A stretch of DNA of 63,643 nt, filler included, from Stramenopiles sp. TOSAG23-2 (taxonomy: Eukaryota), in the NCBI GenBank assembly GCA_900128395.1. It is 10 parts of 10 records of this genome, joined end to end, with 100 filler letters (N's around TTAATTAATTAA, not from the genome) between each part and the next. Parts side by side here need not be neighbours in the genome. Positions count along the whole stretch, not along the records: positions 53,206 to 60,690 come from LT650313.1; positions 60,791 to 62,167 come from LT653045.1; positions 62,268 to 63,643 come from LT653046.1; 7 more parts are not named here. One strand, 5' to 3'. Shown one piece after another: positions 54,013 to 63,643 of this stretch. The position numbers and the translations under genes were made by a program. The stretch's first letter is position 1, and each line of letters opens with the position of its first letter. Below the pieces are notes generated by a model. It saw nothing but the letters and a program-made list of their open reading frames with translations, did not search any database and had not been told where the DNA came from.

Positions 54013-56112
54013 TCACGAGTCTCCGCCCCCAGTGCCACCTAATAACCGCCTTCTTCGATCAATGTGCGATCCTTTAATTTCAAAGTGTGCACCATCGACC
54101 GTTACAATTTTTCCATAATCTTTGTCATCATATTTACTTTTAAATGTCTTTACCTCATCTTTGCAATTTGTATCTTCTGTGCTAATACATTTCGTATAAT
54201 CTTTATTCCCGTTACAACAATCTTTTTTATCAACAAATACATTTACTTTTACTTTTGCTATTGGAATATAAGGTTTCGCAAAACATTGTTTCAACTCACT
54301 TTGAAAATATCCATTTTTCGCATGTGTATTTAATTTAATTACTGCAACCCATTCTTCCTTCGTATCTTCTGCATTCATGCTCACTTGCTGGATGGAAATA
54401 TCATCCGCATAAAATAATGGTGCAGGGCATTTAAATCCATCAATATCTATCACTTCATAACGTAATCGACTATGTAACATTAACATGTTTTGATCGGTGT
54501 AATCTTCCTCCTTAAAATCGTTACGAAGGTAATGAATAGCGATGTTTTGCACTGAAGTAGTAGCCACTCCATCGCTTAAATCAATATGCTTGTATGGGCA
54601 CAATGTTTTTTTATTTTTGCGTAACTCTTCTGGATTATCGTATTTTATCCCAACGTCACATGTTGGTTCCATTGACTTAGCCAATGCTTTCACTTCTTTT
54701 TCGTTACTGTTTACCTTCTCTGTTAAAGTCTTTCCAGTTGGCGTATTTTTTCCCAGACGTCGATTCTGACGTTTACTGAACGATCGCTCCATTGTTTGTA
54801 AAAATGACTGAGTTGAGCTAGCTTCTTGAGATTTGAGGTATTTGTTCACATATACCTTTTCAACAAAGTTATACATTGTATCTAATAAATGATGATATGG
54901 AAGAAATAATTCACATAACATTTTATCCGATTTACCTGGCGATTGCAATATTCGTGGGCCACACAAAGTTGTATTTTTAAAAAACTTATTTATTTTTTTA
55001 TGAATGTGATGGTGATGTTCCTTGTTTTTAATAATGTAGTTCATTAATTCTTTCATACCTTTATGTAAATAACCTTCATGTTTTATTGTATCAGCTACTT
55101 CAACATATAAATTATGACGGTTGTAATTACCACCTTGTGATAATGCAAATGGTATAATATTTTCACGTTTGATCTTACTATTTGCTGGTGGCGCACATGT
55201 TTCCAATGTCATAGAGTTATCTTTATCATTGCGTTCTTTACAACATATGTTTGGCCAAAACGATTTAGCCGGTTTCTCTACCTTTTCAATTTGAAACAAA
55301 TCTTCTAACTTTTTACGAAAACCGCAAAATGCTTTTAATACTTCATCACGATTTGTATCAATACATGTTGTATCTTGATTGATTTCAATTTCATTTGCTA
55401 CCTCAACTGCGGGGAAAATGACAGTTCCATATGTACGAAGTTCTTTATCACAAGATTTTGCTTCGTTTTCGTTATCGTTTGCTTTACGCTTTTTCATGAT
55501 TTCATCATGTCTTTTTCGTTGCTCTTGTTTCGCCCATAAACGTGAATTTTTGATTGATAAATCGTTTGTTTCTTCTTTTTGTGCAGTTAAATCGTTCTTA
55601 ATTTCGTGGAATAAATTAGATAAAACAATACATTTACTTTGTTCGGAATTAGTTACTTCACCAGGTTTACATGGTGTACATGTTGGATTGGTACCACCTT
55701 CACTATAATTATTGATTGGGCATTTGGTACATGTTTTTCGTCTGCAGATGCATTTACGTTTATTACTACATTTTGTTGTTGATGTTGTGTTGTCATTAAA
55801 ATAATAATTTTTATTACTATGATAATAACATCCAGGTGGAGCACTCGACGAACTCATTCGGCGTTCATATCCTCTATTTTTATCAATATTATTATTCCTA
55901 TTATATTTAGCTGCTAATTCACATTCTGCTTCTGTTGTTATTTTATATACACCACTACATTGTGATGCTAAACCAGATGTACGAATATCTGTTGGTGCCC
56001 TACGTTCACCAGGTTTACAAGTAGCATCTTCACCAGTTACCTTCGTAGACACTGATATATGTGCAGATAATAACAATAAAACCACAAAACTTATTTGTGT
56101 TTTGATGTACAT
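54013..56112 (-). CDS. Secreted Cys-rich 699-aa protein with an ephrin-receptor-like repeat, coiled coil and C-terminal RRRRLL motif
   Basis: Signal peptide; ITTEAECELAA...APPGCYY...YFN..CS...CIC module; CTKCP..YS..CTPCKPG; ends DRRRRLLGGTGGGDS. Confidence 0.75.
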   Translation of the reverse strand: MYIKTQISFVVLLLLSAHISVSTKVTGEDATCKPGERRAPTDIRTSGLASQCSGVYKITTEAECELAAKYNRNNNIDKNRGYERRMSSSSAPPGCYYHSNKNYYFNDNTTSTTKCSNKRKCICRRKTCTKCPINNYSEGGTNPTCTPCKPGEVTNSEQSKCIVLSNLFHEIKNDLTAQKEETNDLSIKNSRLWAKQEQRKRHDEIMKKRKANDNENEAKSCDKELRTYGTVIFPAVEVANEIEINQDTTCIDTNRDEVLKAFCGFRKKLEDLFQIEKVEKPAKSFWPNICCKERNDKDNSMTLETCAPPANSKIKRENIIPFALSQGGNYNRHNLYVEVADTIKHEGYLHKGMKELMNYIIKNKEHHHHIHKKINKFFKNTTLCGPRILQSPGKSDKMLCELFLPYHHLLDTMYNFVEKVYVNKYLKSQEASSTQSFLQTMERSFSKRQNRRLGKNTPTGKTLTEKVNSNEKEVKALAKSMEPTCDVGIKYDNPEELRKNKKTLCPYKHIDLSDGVATTSVQNIAIHYLRNDFKEEDYTDQNMLMLHSRLRYEVIDIDGFKCPAPLFYADDISIQQVSMNAEDTKEEWVAVIKLNTHAKNGYFQSELKQCFAKPYIPIAKVKVNVFVDKKDCCNGNKDYTKCISTEDTNCKDEVKTFKSKYDDKDYGKIVTVDGAHFEIKGSHIDRRRRLLGGTGGGDS

Positions 56113-57450
56113 AATGAAATATATTTTTTTAAAATTATTATTTCAATTTTACGCTTAACGATTTGTTAAATCTCCAATGTTCTTTTGATAAATACAAATA
56201 TTTCGTTAAGTATAAATAACAAGGCTTAATAAAATACGTTATATGTATGTTTTCAATATTTCAATATATGAAATATTTTCAATGATTGTTTTGTTTTCTT
56301 GTTGTTGTTTCTCTCCATAAACACCTATATGTATATACTATTTATTTAGATTTATATATTTTGTGTTTTGTTGTTTTGTTAAAATAGCATATAAATACCA
56401 TTGCACGAACACAAGAATTATCTATCAATTTCACATAATTTAGTAAAAGTGGATGTAATGGTATGTCCCTGCTAAGTCAACCTCAATCTAGCTGGAGACG
56501 CACAATCGAGAGATTTTAATCAAAGGATTTAGAAAAATTACCGAAATTGATTGCATTATATTTTTGTTTGATGATGGAGCAAATTACTCAATTGACAATT
56601 TTTCTACGTTCTTGTATCGACGTATCCACCGTCAAGCCTCCGCCTCCAAGCAAGGCAGGTGATCGAGGATTTATATATCATTTTTATCTACCTGTTTTCC
56701 AATTGAAATTAAAAATTGCACTTTTTGGTCCCCCTCTTTTTTGAACGAGCCGCCGTTTGGGGAGGAAAACCCACTTCGTTTTTAAAAAGTACAAATTCAT
56801 CTAGTCTTTCGATAATTCGAACAATTCATCCAGAAATTGACTTAAAATTGCATAAACCTTCACCTTTATAATGATGTATGTAAATAATATTTATACTACT
56901 CCGTGTACCTGAGCATATAAACTTAGCATTGCAGCGAAGCGTATATAACTATATACTATATACTATACCACCTTTGTTATTGTACCTCAAACCTCTAACC
57001 TCAAACCTCAATATATATAATTTCGGTATTTTTCTGCATTTTTATGATTTTGATAGGAGAGGCGATTATAATAATAAACATAGAATCATAGAATCAAGAA
57101 TATAAAACTATGTGATACATAGAAAATACAACATATATACATTCATCTAACCCCCTTGTTAGCAATACAGCTGATTTATATTGTATATTCTTATGTCTTA
57201 CTAGGACTGGTGGATTGTTTATTCTTATTGTCCACATAGTATCTATCATTTAATGCCTACTTCTGGTCTACGAATTTATTGGTATTAATAATTTTTTATC
57301 CTCATCAACATATACTTCACACAAGGAGATTAAAATATAGTATCTAGGTCTATAGCAATTTGAGGATTTAGATTGAAGAGAACAAAACAAAATAACAATA
57401 AGAACACCAATTTTTAAACCCGTGCATTCACAGTATACAAGCGTGCAAAT

Positions 57451-59517
57451 ATGGAAACAAATGAGGTCAAAATAACAGAGTTGACAGACGTAAAACGTAA
57501 GCAAAACAAAAGTGAAACGACGGATCTGACGACGGAAGACACAATCATGCCATTTTCATCGAAATGCATGTTAGGGTTAAAATTATTAGGAATACGCGGA
57601 TTCATTGGAATTTTAACTGTATTTATAATCGGTGGCTTGTTGGTATACTCATATTTAATTTTCATTGATCGTCCATGGTATGTTCTTATTGTTGCAATTG
57701 GTGCATTTTTACTTCCTCTTGCGTATGTATTTGAAATACGGAAACAAATTATGTTAATAGCAAAAAGCACTATTATTAAGAAATCGAAATTGGACGAGAT
57801 AAACCCTGAGGAGGACAACAATAATAATAATGAAACAAATGAAAATAATAATCGAGAAGAACAACCGAACCAAAATGAAAACAGAAAATCTTATAAACAA
57901 CGAGCATCAGAAGTGGCAAAAGAAGCTGGTGCTCGGTATTACAATGTTACCGATCCCAATGGCAAATATTACATATTGAAAACATATGCATCAGAAATAC
58001 TTGAATATTTTTTTCAAATACTTGCTATACTAGTCTATAATTGTAATTTTCCGATACAAATAGTTATTACCATTTATTTTCTACTTTTATTTGAAGCCAT
58101 TGGTGTTGCTATTGATACCGTTTGGACGATTCAATATGGCATAAGTGTAAAACGACGAAACAATAAAGTAATGGTTGACATTATGTTGGAAGTTATTAGT
58201 GCTGCTGTACCAATTCTCATTATGTATTTTGCATATGATTTACGATTTACAAAAGTCGAATTTATACAATTGGCGGTAATTCCAGCCATCTTTGCGCTCT
58301 CGAAATTATATGATATTGTTAATGCTATTATACAGGAACGTGGTTCTATCATATTGAAAAGGAAAAAACAAAAAACTAACATAAAATTACGCCGTTTATC
58401 ATTTTTTAAGTCTTGGAGGGACCTTGCGGTAGAAGATGAAAACGAAAAGATTGCAGACGAACAAATGAATCATACACCATGGATTGCACATGTGGGATTT
58501 TTTATTATTGTGATTAGTTACTGTATATTTTTACTTTTGCTGATAATTGTTCAGCTGGCAACTATTACAGAAGCTAAATGCGAAGTTTCGCCAGAAATAT
58601 GGAGGGGATGCACCGTCAAGGTACATTTTTGCAATAATCTTTTGCAACCAACATGTAATTGCGCCGTCATTAATATCGAACGACATAATATGACCGTATT
58701 GCCAAAGGCAATGTTCCAACTTAATGCATTAAAAAATATACGAATTAATAATGGACCATTGGAATATATTCCAAAAGAAGTTGAAAATTTGAAAAAAGTA
58801 GTGGTATTGGATTTAAATTATAACAAGTTAAAAAGTGTACCAAACGAAATATCGACTTTGGGCATAATTAAATTACAGTTAGCGAATAACATGTTAAATA
58901 CATTACCAGATGCAGCTTGGGGACTTAACTCAATTCAATGGTTGGAATTAGATAATAATAACATATCACATATTCCAGAAAATATTAACAATGCAAAAAA
59001 CTTAATTATTCTGTTTCTTTCCAATAATACGTTGAGTGAGATGAAAGCTTATTTATTTCTACCGTCTTTGATTTCATTGACGCTAGACGGTAATAATATA
59101 ATACACATACCACTTGAAATTGGCAAACTAATGAATAAATTGCAAATGTTGACACTTCAAAATAATAAAATTGTAGATTTACCAGCTGAAATTGGACAAC
59201 TAAATGCCCTTTGGATGATAGATTTACGTAATAATAGTATTTCTTATTTTCCAAAAGAAATGACGATTTTTGGTAAAAAGACCAACAAAAAAAAGTATTT
59301 GTATATCTATGGCAATCCAATTTGCTCGAATGGATGGAGGAACAGTGATGCAACTACAGCAGATATCAAGCAACTACTAGAATCGTCAAATGCAGGGTGT
59401 ACTAAACAATGTTCGCCCTATTGCAATTCTGCATTGTTGAATGAAAAACAATGTCTTCGAGAGTGTAATTCAGAAGCGTGTGAGTATCAAAAGGGAACAT
59501 GCTTGAGAAGTGAGTAG
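57451..59517 (+). CDS. Multi-pass membrane protein with C-terminal leucine-rich repeats and an LNR-like Cys cap
   Basis: About 6-7 hydrophobic helices, then CNC cap, ~8 LxxLxLxxNxLxxLP repeats, GNPIC, and C..ECNSEACEYQKGTC. Confidence 0.85.
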   Translation: METNEVKITELTDVKRKQNKSETTDLTTEDTIMPFSSKCMLGLKLLGIRGFIGILTVFIIGGLLVYSYLIFIDRPWYVLIVAIGAFLLPLAYVFEIRKQIMLIAKSTIIKKSKLDEINPEEDNNNNNETNENNNREEQPNQNENRKSYKQRASEVAKEAGARYYNVTDPNGKYYILKTYASEILEYFFQILAILVYNCNFPIQIVITIYFLLLFEAIGVAIDTVWTIQYGISVKRRNNKVMVDIMLEVISAAVPILIMYFAYDLRFTKVEFIQLAVIPAIFALSKLYDIVNAIIQERGSIILKRKKQKTNIKLRRLSFFKSWRDLAVEDENEKIADEQMNHTPWIAHVGFFIIVISYCIFLLLLIIVQLATITEAKCEVSPEIWRGCTVKVHFCNNLLQPTCNCAVINIERHNMTVLPKAMFQLNALKNIRINNGPLEYIPKEVENLKKVVVLDLNYNKLKSVPNEISTLGIIKLQLANNMLNTLPDAAWGLNSIQWLELDNNNISHIPENINNAKNLIILFLSNNTLSEMKAYLFLPSLISLTLDGNNIIHIPLEIGKLMNKLQMLTLQNNKIVDLPAEIGQLNALWMIDLRNNSISYFPKEMTIFGKKTNKKKYLYIYGNPICSNGWRNSDATTADIKQLLESSNAGCTKQCSPYCNSALLNEKQCLRECNSEACEYQKGTCLRSE

Positions 59518-60595
59518 TGAGAGTGAGAGGAGAAGTAAAGGGAACATTTTTTGGAAGAAAATTGAAATGAAAACCAAAAAAACAAATAATTTTTACACCA
59601 CGAAGCATATCATTACGTACCTTTTCGTAAAAATAAAAATTAAAACAAGAGGATTAAATGGTTTTGAAAATCTAAAAAAGTTATGATACATTTACTTCCC
59701 CGTGTAACATTTTAATTAATTGCATAACTTACGCTTCCGTATTTTTTGTATTTTTTATTTAATTTACTCAAATGATAATTCCTACTCTCCAGAAAGAATA
59801 CAATAACTGAGACAATAATATCTATCTCACTAAACTGAAAGATGGACAATGAATCGTAACATTGCGATAGAGTTCATTGAAATCCACAGAGTGTAATATA
59901 CATGGTATTATATGGAATTACGAACCCGTACGAAACTCGTATCATATCATACACTTCTCCGATAGAGTCTCAGAGGTCCTGACACTCTGACCCACTAGAT
60001 AAATACTCGTACGTAGTACGTATAGCAGTAAAAAAGCTAAAATCTAAAATCTAAAATGATGCACGTCCGCACACTCTAAAAATACTCTACACTGTGTTCT
60101 GTGTTTCTACGTATAACACAAAATAAAAAAAATTCGTTAAAATCTAAAGATCTAAAAGTTAAAAAATAATTATTACACTTAATCATATACACACACAACA
60201 ATAATTATACGGCTTCGTACGTAAAAAAAATTTAAAATTTAAACCGGGGGGGGCACAAAACTCTTACGCGTATCATTTTTACACATCTCTCTATAAACAA
60301 AATCATCTCCATAATCATATAATTGCTGGTTAACTGCAACTATTATTATAAGTATACTATGCATACCGAACACACGAATATTTTATTCTTATATATATAT
60401 TCATGTTCGACGGAAGATAATTCCACTCTCTCAGTATTTTTAAAGTCTGCATAAAAAAAATTCTTGAACTTTTTTTTTATATTTATAGGTTTGATTTAAA
60501 AATACGTCATTGATTTCAGATATATAAATATACACACAGTGATGATCACTATGTTAGTGATCATTTATTGCATTGCATTACCCCCACTCTACCAT

Positions 60596-60690
60596 TTAAA
60601 CAGAATTATTACCAACCAATGGTGTTTTATAATTATTCACAGATGATTTACTTCTTCCATTATTTGTACCACGTAATTCATTCCATTTCT
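60596..60690 (-). CDS. Possible 3' tail of a gene cut by the contig end (KWNELRGTNNGRSKSSVNNYKTPLVGNNSV*)
   Basis: Short open frame from the contig edge to a TAA, with coding-like composition. Confidence 0.3.
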
Positions 60691-60790
60691 NNNNNNNNNN
60701 NNNNNNNNNNNNNNNNNNNNNNNNNNNNNNNNNNTTAATTAATTAANNNNNNNNNNNNNNNNNNNNNNNNNNNNNNNNNNNNNNNNNNNN

Positions 60791-61887
60791 ACCTTCTTCA
60801 TACTGGCCTAAAAAATACGTATCAAACTCAGTAGGTTTCTCCCCACAATTTATAAATGGCATTCCAACATGCCTAAATGTCGTTAATGGATAATCATTTC
60901 CTTCCGGGTTGTCTCCCATCGCAATACAATTTTCATAAGAAAAATCAAATTCATCAGAATCATTCATCCACCTTAGTACCGTACCTTTATCAATGTTTGC
61001 ATTCGATAAACATACACTATTGGGTGCTGCGGATGCTTCAATCCCCAGTTGTTCTAACGATTTTGCATATTTTTCAATATAAGGCGGAGAGATACTATTT
61101 GGCAACCCTAATATAAATAAATTTGTAAATATTGCATTATTTAAATTCTTTTCTAAATCCTTGAACTTCACCCAATTTTTTACTGGCCCTGCTTGATTTC
61201 GCCATATTAAACTACCACGATCTAACAAGGTTCCTCTTTGTAACATGTTATTTTCAGTTAAAACTTTTTCTAATTTCTCTTTTGATGAGTATTTTTCAAG
61301 TATTTTCTCATATGCAATCCGACGATAACTAGCCAAGGGCTTTAACATGGAACGATCATCAAAGGCATCCAAAAAAAAATCACGTACCATGCATGTTGCA
61401 AGTTTTGTTGATTCTGTCGGACTTGGTAATCCACCTTTAACTTCTTCAAAAAAACTTTTTACTTCAATGACTTCACCTTCACTATCACCAGCAAATAGAG
61501 TAGCACCACCAGCAGTTGAGAGTAACACTTGACCATTTTTTCTATGGCNNNNNNNNNNNNNNNNNNNNNNNNNNNNNNNNNNNNNNNNNNNNNNNNNNNN
61601 NNNNNNNNNNNNNNNNNNNNNNNNNNNNNNNNNNNNNNNNNNNNNNNNNNNNNNNNNNNNNNNNNNNTGGCAGGTATGTTATCCCAAAATTGGCCAAATG
61701 GCCTGTGCCCATCATCACTTGTTACACACAATAATTTCCCACCATATTTTAACCATTGTAAAACAGGTTGGAAAGCTGGAGATTCTGAAAATGTTGGATA
61801 GGTTCCAGCTTTTTTATCCATTAATGTTTTATCCATATCCGCTACGATCCATTTTTGTGTAGTCTGCATGACTTTCCGCCGTCTCAT
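60791..61887 (-). CDS. HAD-superfamily (subfamily II, PMM/Cof-like) hydrolase; internal N gap, 3'-truncated
   Basis: Motif I WIVADMDKTL, motif II CVTS, motif III IDKG, motif IV AMGDNPEGNDYPL. Confidence 0.8.
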
Positions 61888-62657
61888 CGTTCAGTGTTTA
61901 TGTGTGCGTGTGTGTGTGTATGTATGTACTATTCTCTCCGTCTAACTTGATATATATAGAATGTAAATATTATATATCTGGATAATAATTAAATTTAATA
62001 ATTAGTATTATATATTAATAATTTACCGTACGTATTATAATAATCTAAGAAGTGCCGGCCTATTATATTTATATATAATACCTGGCCTATAATACTTAAA
62101 AACAACAACAAGTGCACAACAGGTATACCCCTTATAAATGATCAGGATTGTTAGTGCATTTCAAAATNNNNNNNNNNNNNNNNNNNNNNNNNNNNNNNNN
62201 NNNNNNNNNNNTTAATTAATTAANNNNNNNNNNNNNNNNNNNNNNNNNNNNNNNNNNNNNNNNNNNNAATGAGACGTAAACGTAATAAAAAAGTGAATTC
62301 TGTCGTACGTTCAAAGAATAGTATATAAAATGTTCTCTTACTCATATATTATATATTAATAAAAGAAGTGTTAGAGAGTGTTCGGTGGTAGTATGATAGG
62401 TGGTGATAGAAAAAAAGAGAAAGAGGACAAAGGGACGTAGACAACAAATTATATGTAAAAAATATTTTTTAGGAAACTATTTAAAGAAAATACGAGAGAG
62501 AGAATAGAAGTGTGTGGTAATGTGTGTGCACAATTAAAATAAAAAATATTCGTCGTAAAAATATTTTTTATGATACCAACAACGGGTATAAAATTTCCCC
62601 TCACTCTCCGATTTTCCATTTTACTAATATATATATATATAATATGAATCTTTGATA

Positions 62658-63629
62658 TTAATATTGCCCACCGTATCTTTGTTGTTGTTGTTGTTGTTGA
62701 AGTAATGGTTGTTGCATATAATTTTGTTGCGGTTGGCCGTATTGTGGTTGTGCGTATTGTGGTTGTTGCTGTTGTTGCTGTACATATTGTGGCTGTTGGG
62801 CATACTGCTGTTGTTGTTGTTGTTGTTGATTTATCATTTGCTGGGTCATAAACGGTGGCAAATTAGAAATATTCGCAACAAACACTCCGCCAGTGAATCT
62901 ATCATGATCAGACAAGAGAATCTCTGGTCTTTTCAACAAATCTTTCCAAGATTGCTTATCCCAACTGGACCATTCATGATCTTCCATGTATCGTTCACTT
63001 ACTGTTGAGCTTGTAAATGCATTTAAGATTTTTACAGGTTGATTTGTATATGGATCAGTGGCTGGCGTTGGAACTCCTAAGGCTGCCAATAACTCATTCA
63101 CATCAAATGATTCTTCAGTGTAACGAAATCTACCGGTTCTTCCACTCAGCATATGATTCCAGCTAAACATTGCATCCATCATACATCTGTCAGCAATCAT
63201 TCTTGCAATACCAGGCGGTGGAAAATTAAAAATAGAAGCTCTTTCATATTCTTTCGTACCTTGTATTTTGCATCCACCTCGACTTCCACTGATGAAGACG
63301 CGAGAATTTCCATCTTGGATATAAAAATCAACAAATTGCTCATCACGTGCTATTTCATGCCAATATTCTCGTACATCTTCATGCCAATTTCCATCAGCAT
63401 CTTTGCGGCTACGTACTTCCCTCCGTTCCTCATAAACTCTTGTGCGATACCATACGCATGGGCAACCGGAACCAGGAGCATAGAAAGGTGAATTACCTGC
63501 CAATACAATCCGACCAACAAGCTTTTGTAGAGCATTATCTTGTGCCTGTGACACCGGGACTGGTGGAAATTTATCCAAAACTCGTCCCACTTTATCTGCT
63601 TCTGATAAACAACAAAAGCAACAACCCAT
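62658..63629 (-). CDS. Dual-acylated (MGCCFCC) protein with a GIDE-like beta domain and Q/P/Y-rich tail
   Basis: KLVGRIV...APGSGCPCVWY...DFYIQDG...RFRYTEE...LAALG resembles GIDE-type domains. C-terminal QQPQY repeats. Confidence 0.65.
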   Translation of the reverse strand: MGCCFCCLSEADKVGRVLDKFPPVPVSQAQDNALQKLVGRIVLAGNSPFYAPGSGCPCVWYRTRVYEERREVRSRKDADGNWHEDVREYWHEIARDEQFVDFYIQDGNSRVFISGSRGGCKIQGTKEYERASIFNFPPPGIARMIADRCMMDAMFSWNHMLSGRTGRFRYTEESFDVNELLAALGVPTPATDPYTNQPVKILNAFTSSTVSERYMEDHEWSSWDKQSWKDLLKRPEILLSDHDRFTGGVFVANISNLPPFMTQQMINQQQQQQQQYAQQPQYVQQQQQQPQYAQPQYGQPQQNYMQQPLLQQQQQQQRYGGQY

Positions 63630-63643
63630 TATTATATTTTTTT

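Overview
AT-rich eukaryotic nuclear DNA, most consistent with a flagellated protist, probably a stramenopile; this is inferred from gene content (RSPH14, PABPN1, importin-7, RPS15, RAD51, stramenopile-style surface proteins). The window is not one locus. It is 10 unrelated contigs (7523, 7509, 7509, 7498, 7492, 7489, 7485, 7485, 1377 and 1376 bp, in descending length) joined by artificial 100-bp N44-TTAATTAATTAA-N44 linkers, so gene neighbourhoods are only meaningful inside a contig. About 27 mostly intronless genes or fragments are present, and two short GT-AG introns can be resolved. Most interesting signals: (1) a RAD51-framed recombinase with DMC1-type L1/L2 DNA-binding loops; (2) a secreted protein with triply nested domains (P-domain > fucolectin > EVQ repeat); (3) a Mutator-like MITE with a perfect 9-bp TSD and a second CACTA/piggyBac-like MITE; (4) a dispersed repeat family near gene 3' ends; (5) a tandem 118-bp duplication with an Sm-site-like motif plus hairpin; (6) a proteobacterial-type glyoxalase I with a presequence; (7) a frataxin gene with a 1-nt frameshift. 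All family assignments come from motif recall, not database searches. No rRNA, tRNA or CRISPR array was recognised.
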